Shown: positions 43,300-53,058 of the stretch, piece after piece | How the letters are laid out: each line of letters opens with the position of its first letter | Position numbering within the stretch: position 1 is the stretch's first letter | Sequence record: LC667451.1 | Direction: 5' to 3' (one strand) | DNA: 64,000 nucleotides | Notes under the pieces: generated by a model | What the model was told of the DNA's origin: nothing | Databases searched by the model: none | Seen by the model: only the letters and a program-made list of their open reading frames with translations | Translations under genes and position numbers: made by a program

Positions 43300-44277
43300 T
43301 TAACGGAAGTTCATCATGTCGCCACCGACTGCTTTCGGCGCGCGACGACGACGGGTGGTAACAACAGCGGCATCAGCAGGCGCATCAGCCTTCGGAAGTT
43401 TCAGTTGCTTCACCGTAATTGGCTTGGCTTCCTTCTTCAGTCTGGCGATCTGCTTCTTCAGCTTCTCGATCGCGTTCTGGTGGATGACCGCCGTCGCTGC
43501 ACGGTCTTCTTCCAGTTGCACGATCTGGTCATGCAGGAGCGTGTTCTCAAGGCGAACCTTGATCACCTCGTCACGCATCTTCGCACTGCGCTTGAACTGC
43601 ATCGGTACCTTGTCGGTACCGGGTTTCGGCCAGTGCATATCGAGCACATGCAGAATCAGGTCCTTGGGGATCGGTTCACGCAGGCCAATACGACGGAAGC
43701 TCCAACGATCCGTCTTTACGCCATCGACTTCGTGCTCGACGATCGCCATCTCCCACACATCGACCCAGCCGCCCGACATCTCGTCCGTCGCGAACGCTTG
43801 CAACATCGCACGCATACCGTCGCCGTGATGCTGAACGTGTTTGACAGCCATCTCGCCACCAGTGCCCAAACCAAGCACCTTGTCACCGCGCGGATAGAAG
43901 ACATAGCAGAAACCCGCACCATCGAAGCGGAAGCTGTGGTTGCCTTTCTCGCCGATCAGCACTGCCTCGAACACGTTGCCGTGCACGAGCAGACCGCCGA
44001 CGTAGGCCATGTTGAAGTGTCCGATCGCACCATGGATGTTGCCTTGACCGTCCATGTCCGTACGCAGACAGTCAATCAGGCCTTCCATCGCCGGTTGCGA
44101 ACCAGTGCCGCTGTAGCCATAAACCACGTCGTCCACGACATAGTCCTGACGCTCGGAGAAGATTCGAAACGGAATCTCGAATGCCTTGATCTTGGTCAGG
44201 CAGTCCAGCCGCTCCGAACCCTTCATCACGGTGGAGTCAGCGTACACGCGATCTTTGTAAAACAGTACCGTAGTCAT
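43300..44277 (-). CDS. Ntn-hydrolase (HslV/proteasome-beta-like) protease with C-terminal coiled coil
   Basis: N-terminal MTT, YADS, K, G.SG.G, GLG.G, D..SGG.V. Confidence 0.65.
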   Translation of the reverse strand: MTTVLFYKDRVYADSTVMKGSERLDCLTKIKAFEIPFRIFSERQDYVVDDVVYGYSGTGSQPAMEGLIDCLRTDMDGQGNIHGAIGHFNMAYVGGLLVHGNVFEAVLIGEKGNHSFRFDGAGFCYVFYPRGDKVLGLGTGGEMAVKHVQHHGDGMRAMLQAFATDEMSGGWVDVWEMAIVEHEVDGVKTDRWSFRRIGLREPIPKDLILHVLDMHWPKPGTDKVPMQFKRSAKMRDEVIKVRLENTLLHDQIVQLEEDRAATAVIHQNAIEKLKKQIARLKKEAKPITVKQLKLPKADAPADAAVVTTRRRRAPKAVGGDMMNFR

Positions 44278-44301
44278 TGTAATCAACCTGTAGTGTGAAT
44301 T

Positions 44302-44661
44302 TTAGTTGTCCTTGGTCTCGGTAAAACCTTCTTCCAGCTGAAGGATCGTCCCGAGCTCAGGTACGAGGAAGTCAGTGAAGTACCGCTTCCCGGTTTTGAA
44401 GTACATCTCTTCCGCAACAGGCATAAAGCCCTGCAAAAACTCGAACTGTCCGTGCTCGTGGGCAGTGATTGTTACGACACATCCTAACTCCGATTCACCG
44501 GCCGGGTTCTTGTAGACCGCATCATTCACGGTCATGACAAACTGACGTTCGCCAATTTGATTGAAGAACTCGGCGAACTTATCGACGGCTTCCGGATTCG
44601 CGATCAGGCCACTGAGCAGCTTGATCGTGTCCACAACTGTTGCACGAACCAACTCGGACAT
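44302..44661 (-). CDS. hypothetical protein
   Basis: AAGGA SD. Confidence 0.7.
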   Translation of the reverse strand: MSELVRATVVDTIKLLSGLIANPEAVDKFAEFFNQIGERQFVMTVNDAVYKNPAGESELGCVVTITAHEHGQFEFLQGFMPVAEEMYFKTGKRYFTDFLVPELGTILQLEEGFTETKDN

Positions 44662-44670
44662 TTCTTTTCC

Positions 44671-45087
44671 TTAAGCGATGTCATCCAAGCGAACGGCTTC
44701 GGTCGAAGACAACAACTCTTCGATCCGCTTAACGGCTTCTGCGCTCACCTCGGGTGGTGGATTGGGATCGTTCGGCACAACACTAATCATCGCACCGATT
44801 CCCACAAGATCAGAGATCCGCATCTTCCTGTGCACGAACTCCCCCGAGCGCATGCGCAAGTAGCCCTCTTCTAACAAGATGCGCTCCACCTTATCCGAAG
44901 TGGTTTCCAACGACATCGAGAACGACGTGTCCTGCATGATGCGTACGTTCTCTCGACCAACTGCCCGAATGACACGCTTGATGGTGCGAGCCGCAATGCT
45001 GTCGAGCAACTGTTGGCGTGTCATGCGCAGTTTGCCAATACTTCGATTCAACTTACGGACCCTACGTAGTTGACTTGCCTTGCTCAT
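44671..45087 (-). CDS. hypothetical basic protein
   Basis: GAGGAAGG SD. Confidence 0.7.
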   Translation of the reverse strand: MSKASQLRRVRKLNRSIGKLRMTRQQLLDSIAARTIKRVIRAVGRENVRIMQDTSFSMSLETTSDKVERILLEEGYLRMRSGEFVHRKMRISDLVGIGAMISVVPNDPNPPPEVSAEAVKRIEELLSSTEAVRLDDIA

Positions 45088-45107
45088 TGCCTTCCTCTTC
45101 TTTTCAA

Positions 45108-45259
45108 TCGCCTGAGTGCTGGGGGTTGGATTTGGGCAGGAGGTGAACAGTCTCCATCCCTACCAACGGGCTTTTACCATCGACTTGGAAGTCCGGCCAA
45201 ACCTGTAAACCGGCACGATGACTCGCTCCCCGTGAGCGCCGCGCCCAGCACTCAGGCGA
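45108..45259 (-). ncRNA. ~150-nt intergenic structured RNA closed by a perfect 16-bp inverted repeat
   Basis: TCGCCTGAGTGCTGGG (45108-45123) / CCCAGCACTCAGGCGA (45244-45259). Confidence 0.55.
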
Positions 45260-45265
45260 CTAACG

Positions 45266-45520
45266 TTACTGCTGTCGGACAAAGATCGGCATGGAGAAGC
45301 GCGGCTGACGCGCCTTTCGTTTGCGGACCCGATTGCGTTCCCGTAACACTTTCATCACGTAACGGCGATAGTCAGGATCGGTTTCCATCAACGGTCTCTC
45401 GTCCGGTGACTGGACCCGATCCTTCAGTATCGCTTCACGTTTAGCCTTGGCTCGCTTATACGTCAACGAACGCTTCAGCTTGTTACGACGGATGCGAACT
45501 TTGACGTGTTGGCTAAGCAT
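45266..45520 (-). CDS. highly basic small protein
   Basis: Arg/Lys-rich ORF. Confidence 0.6.
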   Translation of the reverse strand: MLSQHVKVRIRRNKLKRSLTYKRAKAKREAILKDRVQSPDERPLMETDPDYRRYVMKVLRERNRVRKRKARQPRFSMPIFVRQQ

Positions 45521-45529
45521 AGCTGGACC

Positions 45530-45826
45530 TTATTCGAGCTCCGAGGTATCGCAGTACGTGACTTCAAACAGCGCGAAGGGATTCCAATAGCCCTGCTTGG
45601 CTGCTGCGACAAACACAGCGCCCATCGGGACATCGGTTTCGTCATTCGCTGCAATGAACACGAACTTGCGTTTTTCGAACTGGTCCGAGAACTCCTCCAG
45701 AATCAGGAGCCGCGGATTCTGTCCGGCACGTTCTTCCACCGCCACGATCGACGCCCCCGGATACAGATCGAGAGCGAAGACTTTGCCGGGCTGGATCGTG
45801 ACTTCAAGAGTACGTAGCTTCGACAT
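45530..45826 (-). CDS. hypothetical protein
   Basis: AAGGAG SD before MSKL. Confidence 0.7.
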   Translation of the reverse strand: MSKLRTLEVTIQPGKVFALDLYPGASIVAVEERAGQNPRLLILEEFSDQFEKRKFVFIAANDETDVPMGAVFVAAAKQGYWNPFALFEVTYCDTSELE

Positions 45827-46310
45827 GTGCGACTCCTTGAGCAAGTGCTAACAATGAGACGCGAATGCCAACGCCGTCGTGCTCCATGAACTTGAGCATC
45901 TCACGACCCACTTCGCGCTGTTCTTCTGTCGCGTACGGCCACTCGGCTTCGAACCATTCGAGAAACATCCGATGGTCGGTGCGCGGCGGAATGTACCACA
46001 GCTTCTGGCCCAGTCGCGACTGGTAATGCACGTAGGTGTGAGTCCGGATCAACTGAGGCAAAACGATCTCAGGCGGTCGATGTCGTGCGATGATCTCAGC
46101 GATCTTCTCCGCAAAGGCCATCGGTACATACGTCCACTGAGCACGGCCGAACACGAAGCGATTGCACGGATTGAGGACGTACATTTCCTTCAGTTCGGCC
46201 TCCATCCGCGAGTGACTGGCATACCAGTCTTTATCCCTGTCGGCGAAGTACTGCTTGATCGCCTCGTGGTCGAGTGGTGCTTCAGGCTTCGGCGGCAGCG
46301 GTAGTTCCAT
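45804..46310 (-). CDS. hypothetical protein
   Basis: GGAG SD before MELP. Confidence 0.65.
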   Translation of the reverse strand: MELPLPPKPEAPLDHEAIKQYFADRDKDWYASHSRMEAELKEMYVLNPCNRFVFGRAQWTYVPMAFAEKIAEIIARHRPPEIVLPQLIRTHTYVHYQSRLGQKLWYIPPRTDHRMFLEWFEAEWPYATEEQREVGREMLKFMEHDGVGIRVSLLALAQGVAHVEATYS

Positions 46311-46821
46311 CGATCGTCTCCAGGTCAGCACCCATGGCAGCGAGCAGCATCTTCATCGCTTCCTTCTCTTCGTCCGAAGCGTAGATCTCTTCAGACTGCA
46401 CGTACTGGACGAACTTCGTGTGGTCCGTCGAGGGCGGCAGATTCGCAGGCTTTTCGCCGTCGATGTTCAGTTCCGCATACGACCAGCCCTTGCCGACGTT
46501 TTCCTTCGAAGCGGCTTCCAGGCCGAACTTCGCATGCAGTTCCTGGATCTTGCCTGCCAGTTCGACGCTTACGTACGTGAACTTGCCGCGCCCGTAGGCG
46601 AGCTCCTTGAACGGGTTCGTTGCATGCAGTGCCGTGATCTCAGCCTGGAATTCCTTGGACGAGACGATCGACACTTGGCGGTTGTGCATGTACTGCGCCG
46701 TGAACTGCTGACCCAGCAGCGGGGTGCCGTCGCTCTTGCTGGCTGCGGCCAACAGACGCTGCGTCACGAGCGGGACTTTGTTCTTGTTGGCACCGCGACG
46801 TTGTTGGACGGTCTTGCTCAT
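46282..46821 (-). CDS. hypothetical protein
   Basis: ATGA overlap. Confidence 0.7.
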   Translation of the reverse strand: MSKTVQQRRGANKNKVPLVTQRLLAAASKSDGTPLLGQQFTAQYMHNRQVSIVSSKEFQAEITALHATNPFKELAYGRGKFTYVSVELAGKIQELHAKFGLEAASKENVGKGWSYAELNIDGEKPANLPPSTDHTKFVQYVQSEEIYASDEEKEAMKMLLAAMGADLETIDGTTAAAEA

Positions 46822-47324
46822 TGCTTGGTTTCCTTTTGTTCGGAGGGGTTGGTATATTCGATCCCCATGGCTTCCAGGGATTTCTTGAAACGGTCTTCGT
46901 CGAAGTACTCGGCGTCGTGCTCAAACGAAACAGGGAACACGATCTTGAGATCGGGATTCTGCTGCTTCATTTTGAGGATCGTGTGGAACATGAGGTTCGA
47001 CTTGCATTCAGGGGGCGTATAGACGACGAGCGGCAGGAGCTCGCCGCGCTTGAAACCGCCCGGCGGAATCAGGTCCTGAAACCCTTTGAGGCCCGTCGGG
47101 ATCAGCGGTGAGGTTTTGAAACCTTTGCTCATCTCGCGCAGCTTCTCGTAGAGCGTTGCGGTTTCCGGATTGGGTTCAGGCCGACGCAGCAGGTCCAGGC
47201 CTTCATGCTTGCTAATTTCGCGATTCATGATCTCCCACTCCTTGCCTTCCGGTGTCTTCAGGAAGGCCGCATGTGCTTCGAGTTGAGCAGCTATGTCAGC
47301 GATGCTCGGGCTCTTCATTTCCAT
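46818..47324 (-). CDS. hypothetical protein with a DnaB/RecA-like N-terminal fragment motif
   Basis: IPTG.KGFQDLIP.GGFKRGEL, but no Walker A follows. Confidence 0.65.
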   Translation of the reverse strand: MEMKSPSIADIAAQLEAHAAFLKTPEGKEWEIMNREISKHEGLDLLRRPEPNPETATLYEKLREMSKGFKTSPLIPTGLKGFQDLIPPGGFKRGELLPLVVYTPPECKSNLMFHTILKMKQQNPDLKIVFPVSFEHDAEYFDEDRFKKSLEAMGIEYTNPSEQKETKQ

Positions 47325-47500
47325 AAGGCTCTCTCGGAAAAAGTGTTAGCTGTTCCCCATTGCCACCGCAAATACGATTGCCTTTAGCAGCAGGGTCCTT
47401 CCTTCGTGTCAGATAGTTCTGGGGTTTGTCGTCGCGGTAGCGGCATTCAGCGCACTGGATCACCGTCTTATACCCGCATTCAAAGACGATCCCCTTAGGA
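47296..47500 (-). CDS. small Cys-rich protein (start uncertain)
   Basis: 3' part of ORF 47296..47688: ECG...QCAECRY...KDP. Confidence 0.4.
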
Positions 47501-47992
47501 CCGTCCGTCCACGTCGCCAGGCACAGCGGGTGGAGTGCCTTCCCAGGCTGCAACTGGAGCCACGTAGTTTCCGTCGTATCTGGCGTAAGGGGCGTACTTG
47601 ATGTTCTCGAGATAGCGGTAGAATCGCTCTCGGTTGAGGGCGTCGCAGGCTCGCTGGCAGCGACGACGAGTTGTAAATGCGCTCGCATGATAGAACGAAC
47701 CGTCAGGTGAAGATAGAATGTTCTCGGGGGAGTCGGGATGAAATGCCCAAATCGTGATGCTGTTATGAAAACTGAGCAGGGTCGTTGCCAACATCGGCAT
47801 TGTCACGACTTGCATCGCCCCATCGACTTCACGAATTCCCACAACCCGCTGGCGCGGCCCTTGGATGACGAAGTGCGCTTCAGGCACGTAGTTCTTATCC
47901 AATTCACTATTGCCAGGCATCCAGAACGTCTTGCCTTGGCGCAAGTCGGCGAGTTTGATACGACCTGATTTAGTCGGCATGATTCTTTGCAA
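47495..47992 (-). CDS. hypothetical protein
   Basis: ORF track. Confidence 0.65.
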   Translation of the reverse strand: MQRIMPTKSGRIKLADLRQGKTFWMPGNSELDKNYVPEAHFVIQGPRQRVVGIREVDGAMQVVTMPMLATTLLSFHNSITIWAFHPDSPENILSSPDGSFYHASAFTTRRRCQRACDALNRERFYRYLENIKYAPYARYDGNYVAPVAAWEGTPPAVPGDVDGRS

Positions 47993-48263
47993 AACCTGGA
48001 TGAGTTCGAGGCAGCGGTTGCTGGCGCAGTGATCGCATCATGACGTGGGAGTCTTCCTGCTGGTCCATGATATCGAGCAGTTCATCGAGCGACTTGTCCA
48101 CCGTCAACTCGGCGCACATTTCACCCATCCACCGCGGGCCTTCGGGCAGATCGAGCGGGTCAGACATAACGTCCATCTTGAACGTCACGCCTTTCTCGTT
48201 CAACGTCTGTGCGAAGGTACTGACGTCGTGCTGGCATTCAGCAACAAATGAGAAAATTGGCAT
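47970..48263 (-). CDS. hypothetical protein
   Basis: AAGGAGG SD. Confidence 0.75.
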   Translation of the reverse strand: MPIFSFVAECQHDVSTFAQTLNEKGVTFKMDVMSDPLDLPEGPRWMGEMCAELTVDKSLDELLDIMDQQEDSHVMMRSLRQQPLPRTHPGFAKNHAD

Positions 48264-48304
48264 GTTACCTCCTTATACAGACCATGGGTCTATCCTGTAA
48301 AAAC

Positions 48305-48330
48305 GGCATAGAGGGAGCCGTAGCTCCCTC
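48305..48330 (-). terminator. hairpin (CTACGG loop) with CTATGCC tail
   Basis: GAGGGAGC/GCTCCCTC stem. Confidence 0.72.
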
Positions 48331-48335
48331 GTGCT

Positions 48336-48743
48336 TTAGGCAACCTTAGGTCGGCGAGCTAAACTATTGTGCTTCGGATTCACAAGCGGCTGCAAATTCA
48401 GGGCACGCCGACGACTAAAGATAGGCGTGTCTTGCTCCATGCGCGCAACACCTAACTCCACCACCCGCGCGCGCTCGTAAAGGCTCGTGAGTACCCAGGG
48501 ATCAAATAGAGAACGACCCATAGGAGGTTGGATGAAATACGCTACCAGGGCTTCGAAAACACGATCAGCAAGGGTGCTGTCCGTGTATTGCTCAGCCTCT
48601 GAGAGCTTTTTATACCAGCCACCTAGCAAACCGGTAGCAACAATCTTACCGAGGAAATACACGTCACCCGTATAGATCCGCGCTGTGATCACATGGACTA
48701 CCATTGGAATTCTCCTTTTGGTCCTGGTGTACTGCAAAAGCAC
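48336..48743 (-). CDS. hypothetical protein
   Basis: ORF track; start may be MVVHV. Confidence 0.65.
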   Translation of the reverse strand: MLLQYTRTKRRIPMVVHVITARIYTGDVYFLGKIVATGLLGGWYKKLSEAEQYTDSTLADRVFEALVAYFIQPPMGRSLFDPWVLTSLYERARVVELGVARMEQDTPIFSRRRALNLQPLVNPKHNSLARRPKVA

Positions 48744-49300
48744 TACGACTGGATTTTTAAGGGATGCGTTTCCATTAACGACTTTAGCGTCTCGGTCCAG
48801 ACCTGTGGGTCAGTGTGCTTAAACCCCATGATCGGCAGACTCTCGATGTGCTTAAACGACGGTTGCACATCGAGTTCTTCGGGCTTATATGACGGTGTGC
48901 CATGCGGCAACAAGCCATTCGGTTCCAACGGGCCGTGGAACTGCGGCATCGGTCCGACCAATGGACGAAACCGATACACTGTCCGGGTGCGCGGGATCTT
49001 GATGTCGTCCAAGATTTCAGCGAATGGCTTTGGTAGATGCAACACGACCTTCAGCAGATCGGTGACTGTCTCGATGTGGTAGACGTCAGAGTCTTCCAGT
49101 GCTTCCCTGAGATTGCGTTCGTAACCATAACCGACTGCCATTGCCACACGCTCGGCAAGCGACATCGGGACGGTTTCAGTCCAATGCTCGCCTGCGTTCT
49201 CATTAAGACCGGAGAAGAAGCACTTCCAATCTTCTCCCTTTGGTGCCCAGCCGATCAGTCGCAATCGAGGCCGCCAGGCAATCTCGCCATTCCAGGTCAT
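48743..49300 (-). CDS. hypothetical protein
   Basis: ATGA overlap. Confidence 0.7.
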   Translation of the reverse strand: MTWNGEIAWRPRLRLIGWAPKGEDWKCFFSGLNENAGEHWTETVPMSLAERVAMAVGYGYERNLREALEDSDVYHIETVTDLLKVVLHLPKPFAEILDDIKIPRTRTVYRFRPLVGPMPQFHGPLEPNGLLPHGTPSYKPEELDVQPSFKHIESLPIMGFKHTDPQVWTETLKSLMETHPLKIQS

Positions 49301-49587
49301 ATCGCATCCTTGTACTTGTACGTGATCACATCAACGTCCCAACGGATGCCGCCGATCCGATGTTTCAAGTACGAATCCGTGCGCATGCGTTGCCGAAAGA
49401 CTTGCTCGAAAGCTTCCACCGTCAAACGTTTGATCTCCACGAGTTGTTTCCCCGGCTCATGAATCAGCCAGCGATCCATCTCGACGATGGTATTGAAGTC
49501 TTCAGCACGGATGAGTTCATTGCGTTTAATCCTGGCAATGATGCGCACCCGCGCCGAGACTGCTATTTTCTTTTTCGTCGTATCCAT
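49297..49587 (-). CDS. hypothetical protein
   Basis: GAGG SD. Confidence 0.7.
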   Translation of the reverse strand: MDTTKKKIAVSARVRIIARIKRNELIRAEDFNTIVEMDRWLIHEPGKQLVEIKRLTVEAFEQVFRQRMRTDSYLKHRIGGIRWDVDVITYKYKDAI

Positions 49588-49613
49588 TGTAATCGCACCT
49601 CAGCTGTAATGGG

Positions 49614-49895
49614 CTACACCCGTATCTCAGTGGTTGACGTAGCCTGCGAGCCAACCTCCTCGATCGAGAGTGTGCCTTGAATGGGACCGCGCGTTGGACG
49701 TACCAACACGTCACGCACAATCGCCGAGCCCTGCAGCGTTGAGCGTAGGAAGACAAAGTCCTGTCCGACCGAACCATCGTCCGGGTATAGCGTGGCTTCT
49801 CCAACTCCTTCGTGGAAGCCTTGTGGGCTGGTGTGCCCATTCGAGTAGTAATACTTGCGACCGTCAGCGCTTATGAGCGTGATCAGATTAAACAT
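49614..49895 (-). CDS. hypothetical protein
   Basis: GGAGG SD, downstream of a promoter-like motif. Confidence 0.7.
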   Translation of the reverse strand: MFNLITLISADGRKYYYSNGHTSPQGFHEGVGEATLYPDDGSVGQDFVFLRSTLQGSAIVRDVLVRPTRGPIQGTLSIEEVGSQATSTTEIRV

Positions 49896-49916
49896 ATGAC
49901 CTCCCTGACACTTGGG

Positions 49917-49945
49917 AATGATATATCTGATGAAAGCCCCCGTAT
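49917..49945 (-). promoter_or_regulatory. phage early-type promoter (variant)
   Basis: GGGCTTTCATCAGATATATCATT. Confidence 0.45.
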
Positions 49946-49969
49946 CCTACCTAGTTATTGGAGTAATCC

Positions 49970-50353
49970 ATGTCCGCCACCGAGACCACGGTTTCCGTTG
50001 TGCAACACACTGCACAAGGCGACCGGCCGAATAACGCAGGCATCATCCAGCAAGCCCAGAAATGGGGTTTGCTTGACGCTGATGATGCAACCAAGATCGG
50101 CAAGACTCTTGAGGCTAACCCTCAAGGCGTGATCGTGAACTTCGCTCACCTGATCTTCGCAGCGGTCGCGTTCTCGAAAGACGGTGAGGCCAACACACCG
50201 CATCCAGTTACAGGCGAACTTGACATGTGGGACTATGTCCAACGCATGATCAAGAAAGCCCAGGCCGCCGGTTTGGTCTTTACCGTGGCCCTGGATGAAA
50301 ATGGTCAGATGGTACCGACCATCCAAAAAGCAGCGCCCGCTACCAAGCCCTAA
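49970..50353 (+). CDS. hypothetical protein (one of two plus-strand genes)
   Basis: GGAG SD, own downstream hairpin-TTATGCC. Confidence 0.75.
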   Translation: MSATETTVSVVQHTAQGDRPNNAGIIQQAQKWGLLDADDATKIGKTLEANPQGVIVNFAHLIFAAVAFSKDGEANTPHPVTGELDMWDYVQRMIKKAQAAGLVFTVALDENGQMVPTIQKAAPATKP

Positions 50354-50370
50354 GCGAGAGGCAGCAGCTT

Positions 50371-50401
50371 TCCCCCCGGCGATGAGCCGGGGGTTTATGC
50401 C
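50371..50401 (+). terminator. hairpin with TTATGCC tail
   Basis: CCCCCGGC/GCCGGGGG stem. Confidence 0.72.
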
Positions 50402-50402
50402 G

Positions 50403-51020
50403 TCAATCCGTATAAGGCACTTGCACGGGCGTAATCGACGTGAACGTCTGGTAACGTGCGTTGATCGTGAGCGGCGGTTCTTCCGGATGCGAAGGTTCCA
50501 CGTCCGTAAAGAGGAACGTGCCCGACAGGATGTGGTTGGCCAAGTCCACGCCGATCTCACCGTCGCGATCGCTTGTATAAAGCGGTACGCGGTAGACCGG
50601 GTAGTCCTGATCGAACAGCCCCACCAGGTACATCGGTTCTGTCGTGTTAGGTACAGCAGCGAATTCACGATGCATCAGGTAGCGCACACGCAGTACGTCA
50701 CTGTCATGAAAGCGAATCACCTTGGCGGTGCGATGGAGCATGGACGAGTTACCGCTCTTGCTACCAAAGTCACCTTGCGTGCTGAAGATCACCGCCTCAT
50801 AACCCGGTCCCGCTTCGAGACCATACATCAGTACGCGTTGCCAGCGGCCGTAACCCGTGTTGAGCACCGAGTTGTTCTTGCCGTGCGCCCATTTCAACAA
50901 ATGCCGACCGATGCCAGCGAAACCCATACGTTCCAGTTCTCCCCAACCGCGCTCCTCGCCCGTCACCGAGTTGAGGAAATTCTCTTGTCTGGGGAAGTCT
51001 TCGTAAGCGACCGTGTTCAT
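50403..51020 (-). CDS. hypothetical protein
   Basis: AGGAG SD. Confidence 0.75.
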   Translation of the reverse strand: MNTVAYEDFPRQENFLNSVTGEERGWGELERMGFAGIGRHLLKWAHGKNNSVLNTGYGRWQRVLMYGLEAGPGYEAVIFSTQGDFGSKSGNSSMLHRTAKVIRFHDSDVLRVRYLMHREFAAVPNTTEPMYLVGLFDQDYPVYRVPLYTSDRDGEIGVDLANHILSGTFLFTDVEPSHPEEPPLTINARYQTFTSITPVQVPYTD

Positions 51021-51042
51021 TTTTTACTCCTACCCTATATTG

Positions 51043-51094
51043 GGCATAAGAGGAGGCTACCCCGTTAGTTTTACCTAGCGGGCATAACCTCCTA
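51043..51094 (-). terminator. long hairpin with internal and terminal TTATGCC
   Basis: AGGAGGTTA/TAGCCTCCT outer stem. Confidence 0.6.
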
Positions 51095-51114
51095 AGGGAT
51101 TGATTTACAACGAC

Positions 51115-52236
51115 TTACAGTTGCACCGGCTCCAGGTAGAACGGCTTGTTCAGCCACATCGAGGACACCACCATCTGGCGCTCGATGTCGATCATCTCCA
51201 TCCAAACACGATCATGCTGCAAGAGTCGTGCCTTCAGGGTAACCTGGTTTTTGAGCAGCTTGTAGGCCGCCTTCTCCGTTTCATCATCGTCTGCCGGTTG
51301 AGCAGGCAACGGTGCGTTGACATCCAGTGCTTCGAAGCCCTGCATGAAAGCCCGGACTTGTGCTTCCGTGCCGATGAACGATTCGTCCGACGTGAAGTCT
51401 TCATCCGCCCCGCCTTCTGCGTTGATCCACAGATCCTGCAGCGGTTCACGGATGATGCGGACTGCGAAGTGATGTGCGCCTTCGATCATGACGACCGTGC
51501 GCAACTGGTGCGTCTCGACCGTCTCGTCACGTTGTTCGTCGTAGATGCACAGCCGCACGTCCGTATGCGCCATCAGCGGATTCTCGGGCTTGCCTTCGTC
51601 GTCCATCACGACGCCTTCGGTGTAGTCCACCGGCTTCTTGACGAGCAAGAGCTTCAGACGCGACCAGCCGTCGCTATTGGCCAGTGCTTCTTCGGCCGCT
51701 TCTTCCGTTTCGTGCGAGGTCGCGAGTTCGCCGATCGAGGCTTCCTGCAAACGCTGGATGAGGCTACGCACCAGGTTCATCGACGTGTAGCGAGTGGCTT
51801 CCTCAATGTTCACTGTGACATCGATCTCCGCGTTCTCGCTCACGTTGATGTACAGATCGTCTTCCTCGGGACGCTGCACCATCAAGAGGAAAGTCTCCGA
51901 GGTCTTGCTGCCTTCCGGGACTTTGGCATCCTCACCCCAGTACGAATTCGCATGCATGATCGTGCCGTCGGATTCACGGATCACATGCAGGGCCGCCACG
52001 TCGGTGTCCAGTTGTTCACGCAGGCTGATGAAGACGCCATCGTCGGCCTCACCGGAGGCAATCGAATCGAGCTTGGTGATCGCCATCGCCAGGTCGTCGA
52101 ACTTCGCAGCAATGTCGATTTGCCCCCAGAACTCGCGATCGTTCAGGAATGCGTAGTAGACTTCGCCCGTGTTGCCAGACTTCACGCACTTGATCAGGAA
52201 CTTCGAATCCGTCGGGTTCATTGCTTGGTTCATCAA
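51115..52236 (-). CDS. hypothetical acidic multidomain protein
   Basis: 373-aa ORF after an early promoter; AAGGAG SD. Confidence 0.8.
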   Translation of the reverse strand: MMNQAMNPTDSKFLIKCVKSGNTGEVYYAFLNDREFWGQIDIAAKFDDLAMAITKLDSIASGEADDGVFISLREQLDTDVAALHVIRESDGTIMHANSYWGEDAKVPEGSKTSETFLLMVQRPEEDDLYINVSENAEIDVTVNIEEATRYTSMNLVRSLIQRLQEASIGELATSHETEEAAEEALANSDGWSRLKLLLVKKPVDYTEGVVMDDEGKPENPLMAHTDVRLCIYDEQRDETVETHQLRTVVMIEGAHHFAVRIIREPLQDLWINAEGGADEDFTSDESFIGTEAQVRAFMQGFEALDVNAPLPAQPADDDETEKAAYKLLKNQVTLKARLLQHDRVWMEMIDIERQMVVSSMWLNKPFYLEPVQL

Positions 52237-52282
52237 CTTCTCCTTGTTTAGCTGTAGTCAGGCTATGTGATAGCTCTGGTTT

Positions 52283-52310
52283 GTAATATATGTTTTCAAC
52301 CTGTTTCGAT
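52283..52310 (-). promoter_or_regulatory. phage early-type promoter
   Basis: ATCGAAACAGGTTGAAAACATATATTAC. Confidence 0.65.
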
Positions 52311-52356
52311 ACAAAAGAAAAGATACAAAGGAACAGGGGCCGAAGCCCCCTTTCCC

Positions 52357-53031
52357 TTAAACCATTTCTGCGCCGCGGTACGGCGTAAAGGCGCATACCG
52401 AACCATGCAGCGCGTCGCGTTGGAACTCCGTCGACAACTGGACCTGCTGGCGACCGTAGCAGATTTCGCGCACTTCGGTAGCAATCGGCTTAGCCGCGAA
52501 ACCCATCGCTTGCCAGCGATCGAGGATTTCCTTGGCTTTGCCTGCCGCCACCACGTCACTCACCCAGACACAGCTGTTGAAGAAGTCAGGGTCACCAATG
52601 CCCGACCATTCCGAGCGTGCATGGGCACGCAACGGATTGTCTGCGTTCGGTTCGAACCAGAGCGTTTCGTGTTCACGACCCGGCATCGTGACCTTGATTG
52701 CGTAACGGGACACCCAGTTCGAACGCACGCGCTCTACGCTCGGGATCAGCAAACCAATCTTGCTTTCATTGACCGTGCGGATCACTTCCGACACGGCAGC
52801 CGGAGAAAGGCCATCGATCTTCGAGCGAATCAGTTCGGCACGAATGATCTCGACCACGTTGTTGCCATTCGGGTCAAGCCAGCCCAATTCCTTGTTGGAC
52901 GGAATCGTGTAACCTTCAGGGACATAGAGCGTATCCGACACGGCGAGCACGCGCACGAGTCGGTTGTCCGGATGGGACGGGTGTTCTTGAACGAAAGGGA
53001 ATTTGCGAATCAGCGTTTGGATGGCGTTCAT
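52357..53031 (-). CDS. hypothetical protein
   Basis: 224-aa ORF. Confidence 0.75.
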   Translation of the reverse strand: MNAIQTLIRKFPFVQEHPSHPDNRLVRVLAVSDTLYVPEGYTIPSNKELGWLDPNGNNVVEIIRAELIRSKIDGLSPAAVSEVIRTVNESKIGLLIPSVERVRSNWVSRYAIKVTMPGREHETLWFEPNADNPLRAHARSEWSGIGDPDFFNSCVWVSDVVAAGKAKEILDRWQAMGFAAKPIATEVREICYGRQQVQLSTEFQRDALHGSVCAFTPYRGAEMV

Positions 53032-53058
53032 TTTGTCGACCTGTTTATCTGTTGTAAT

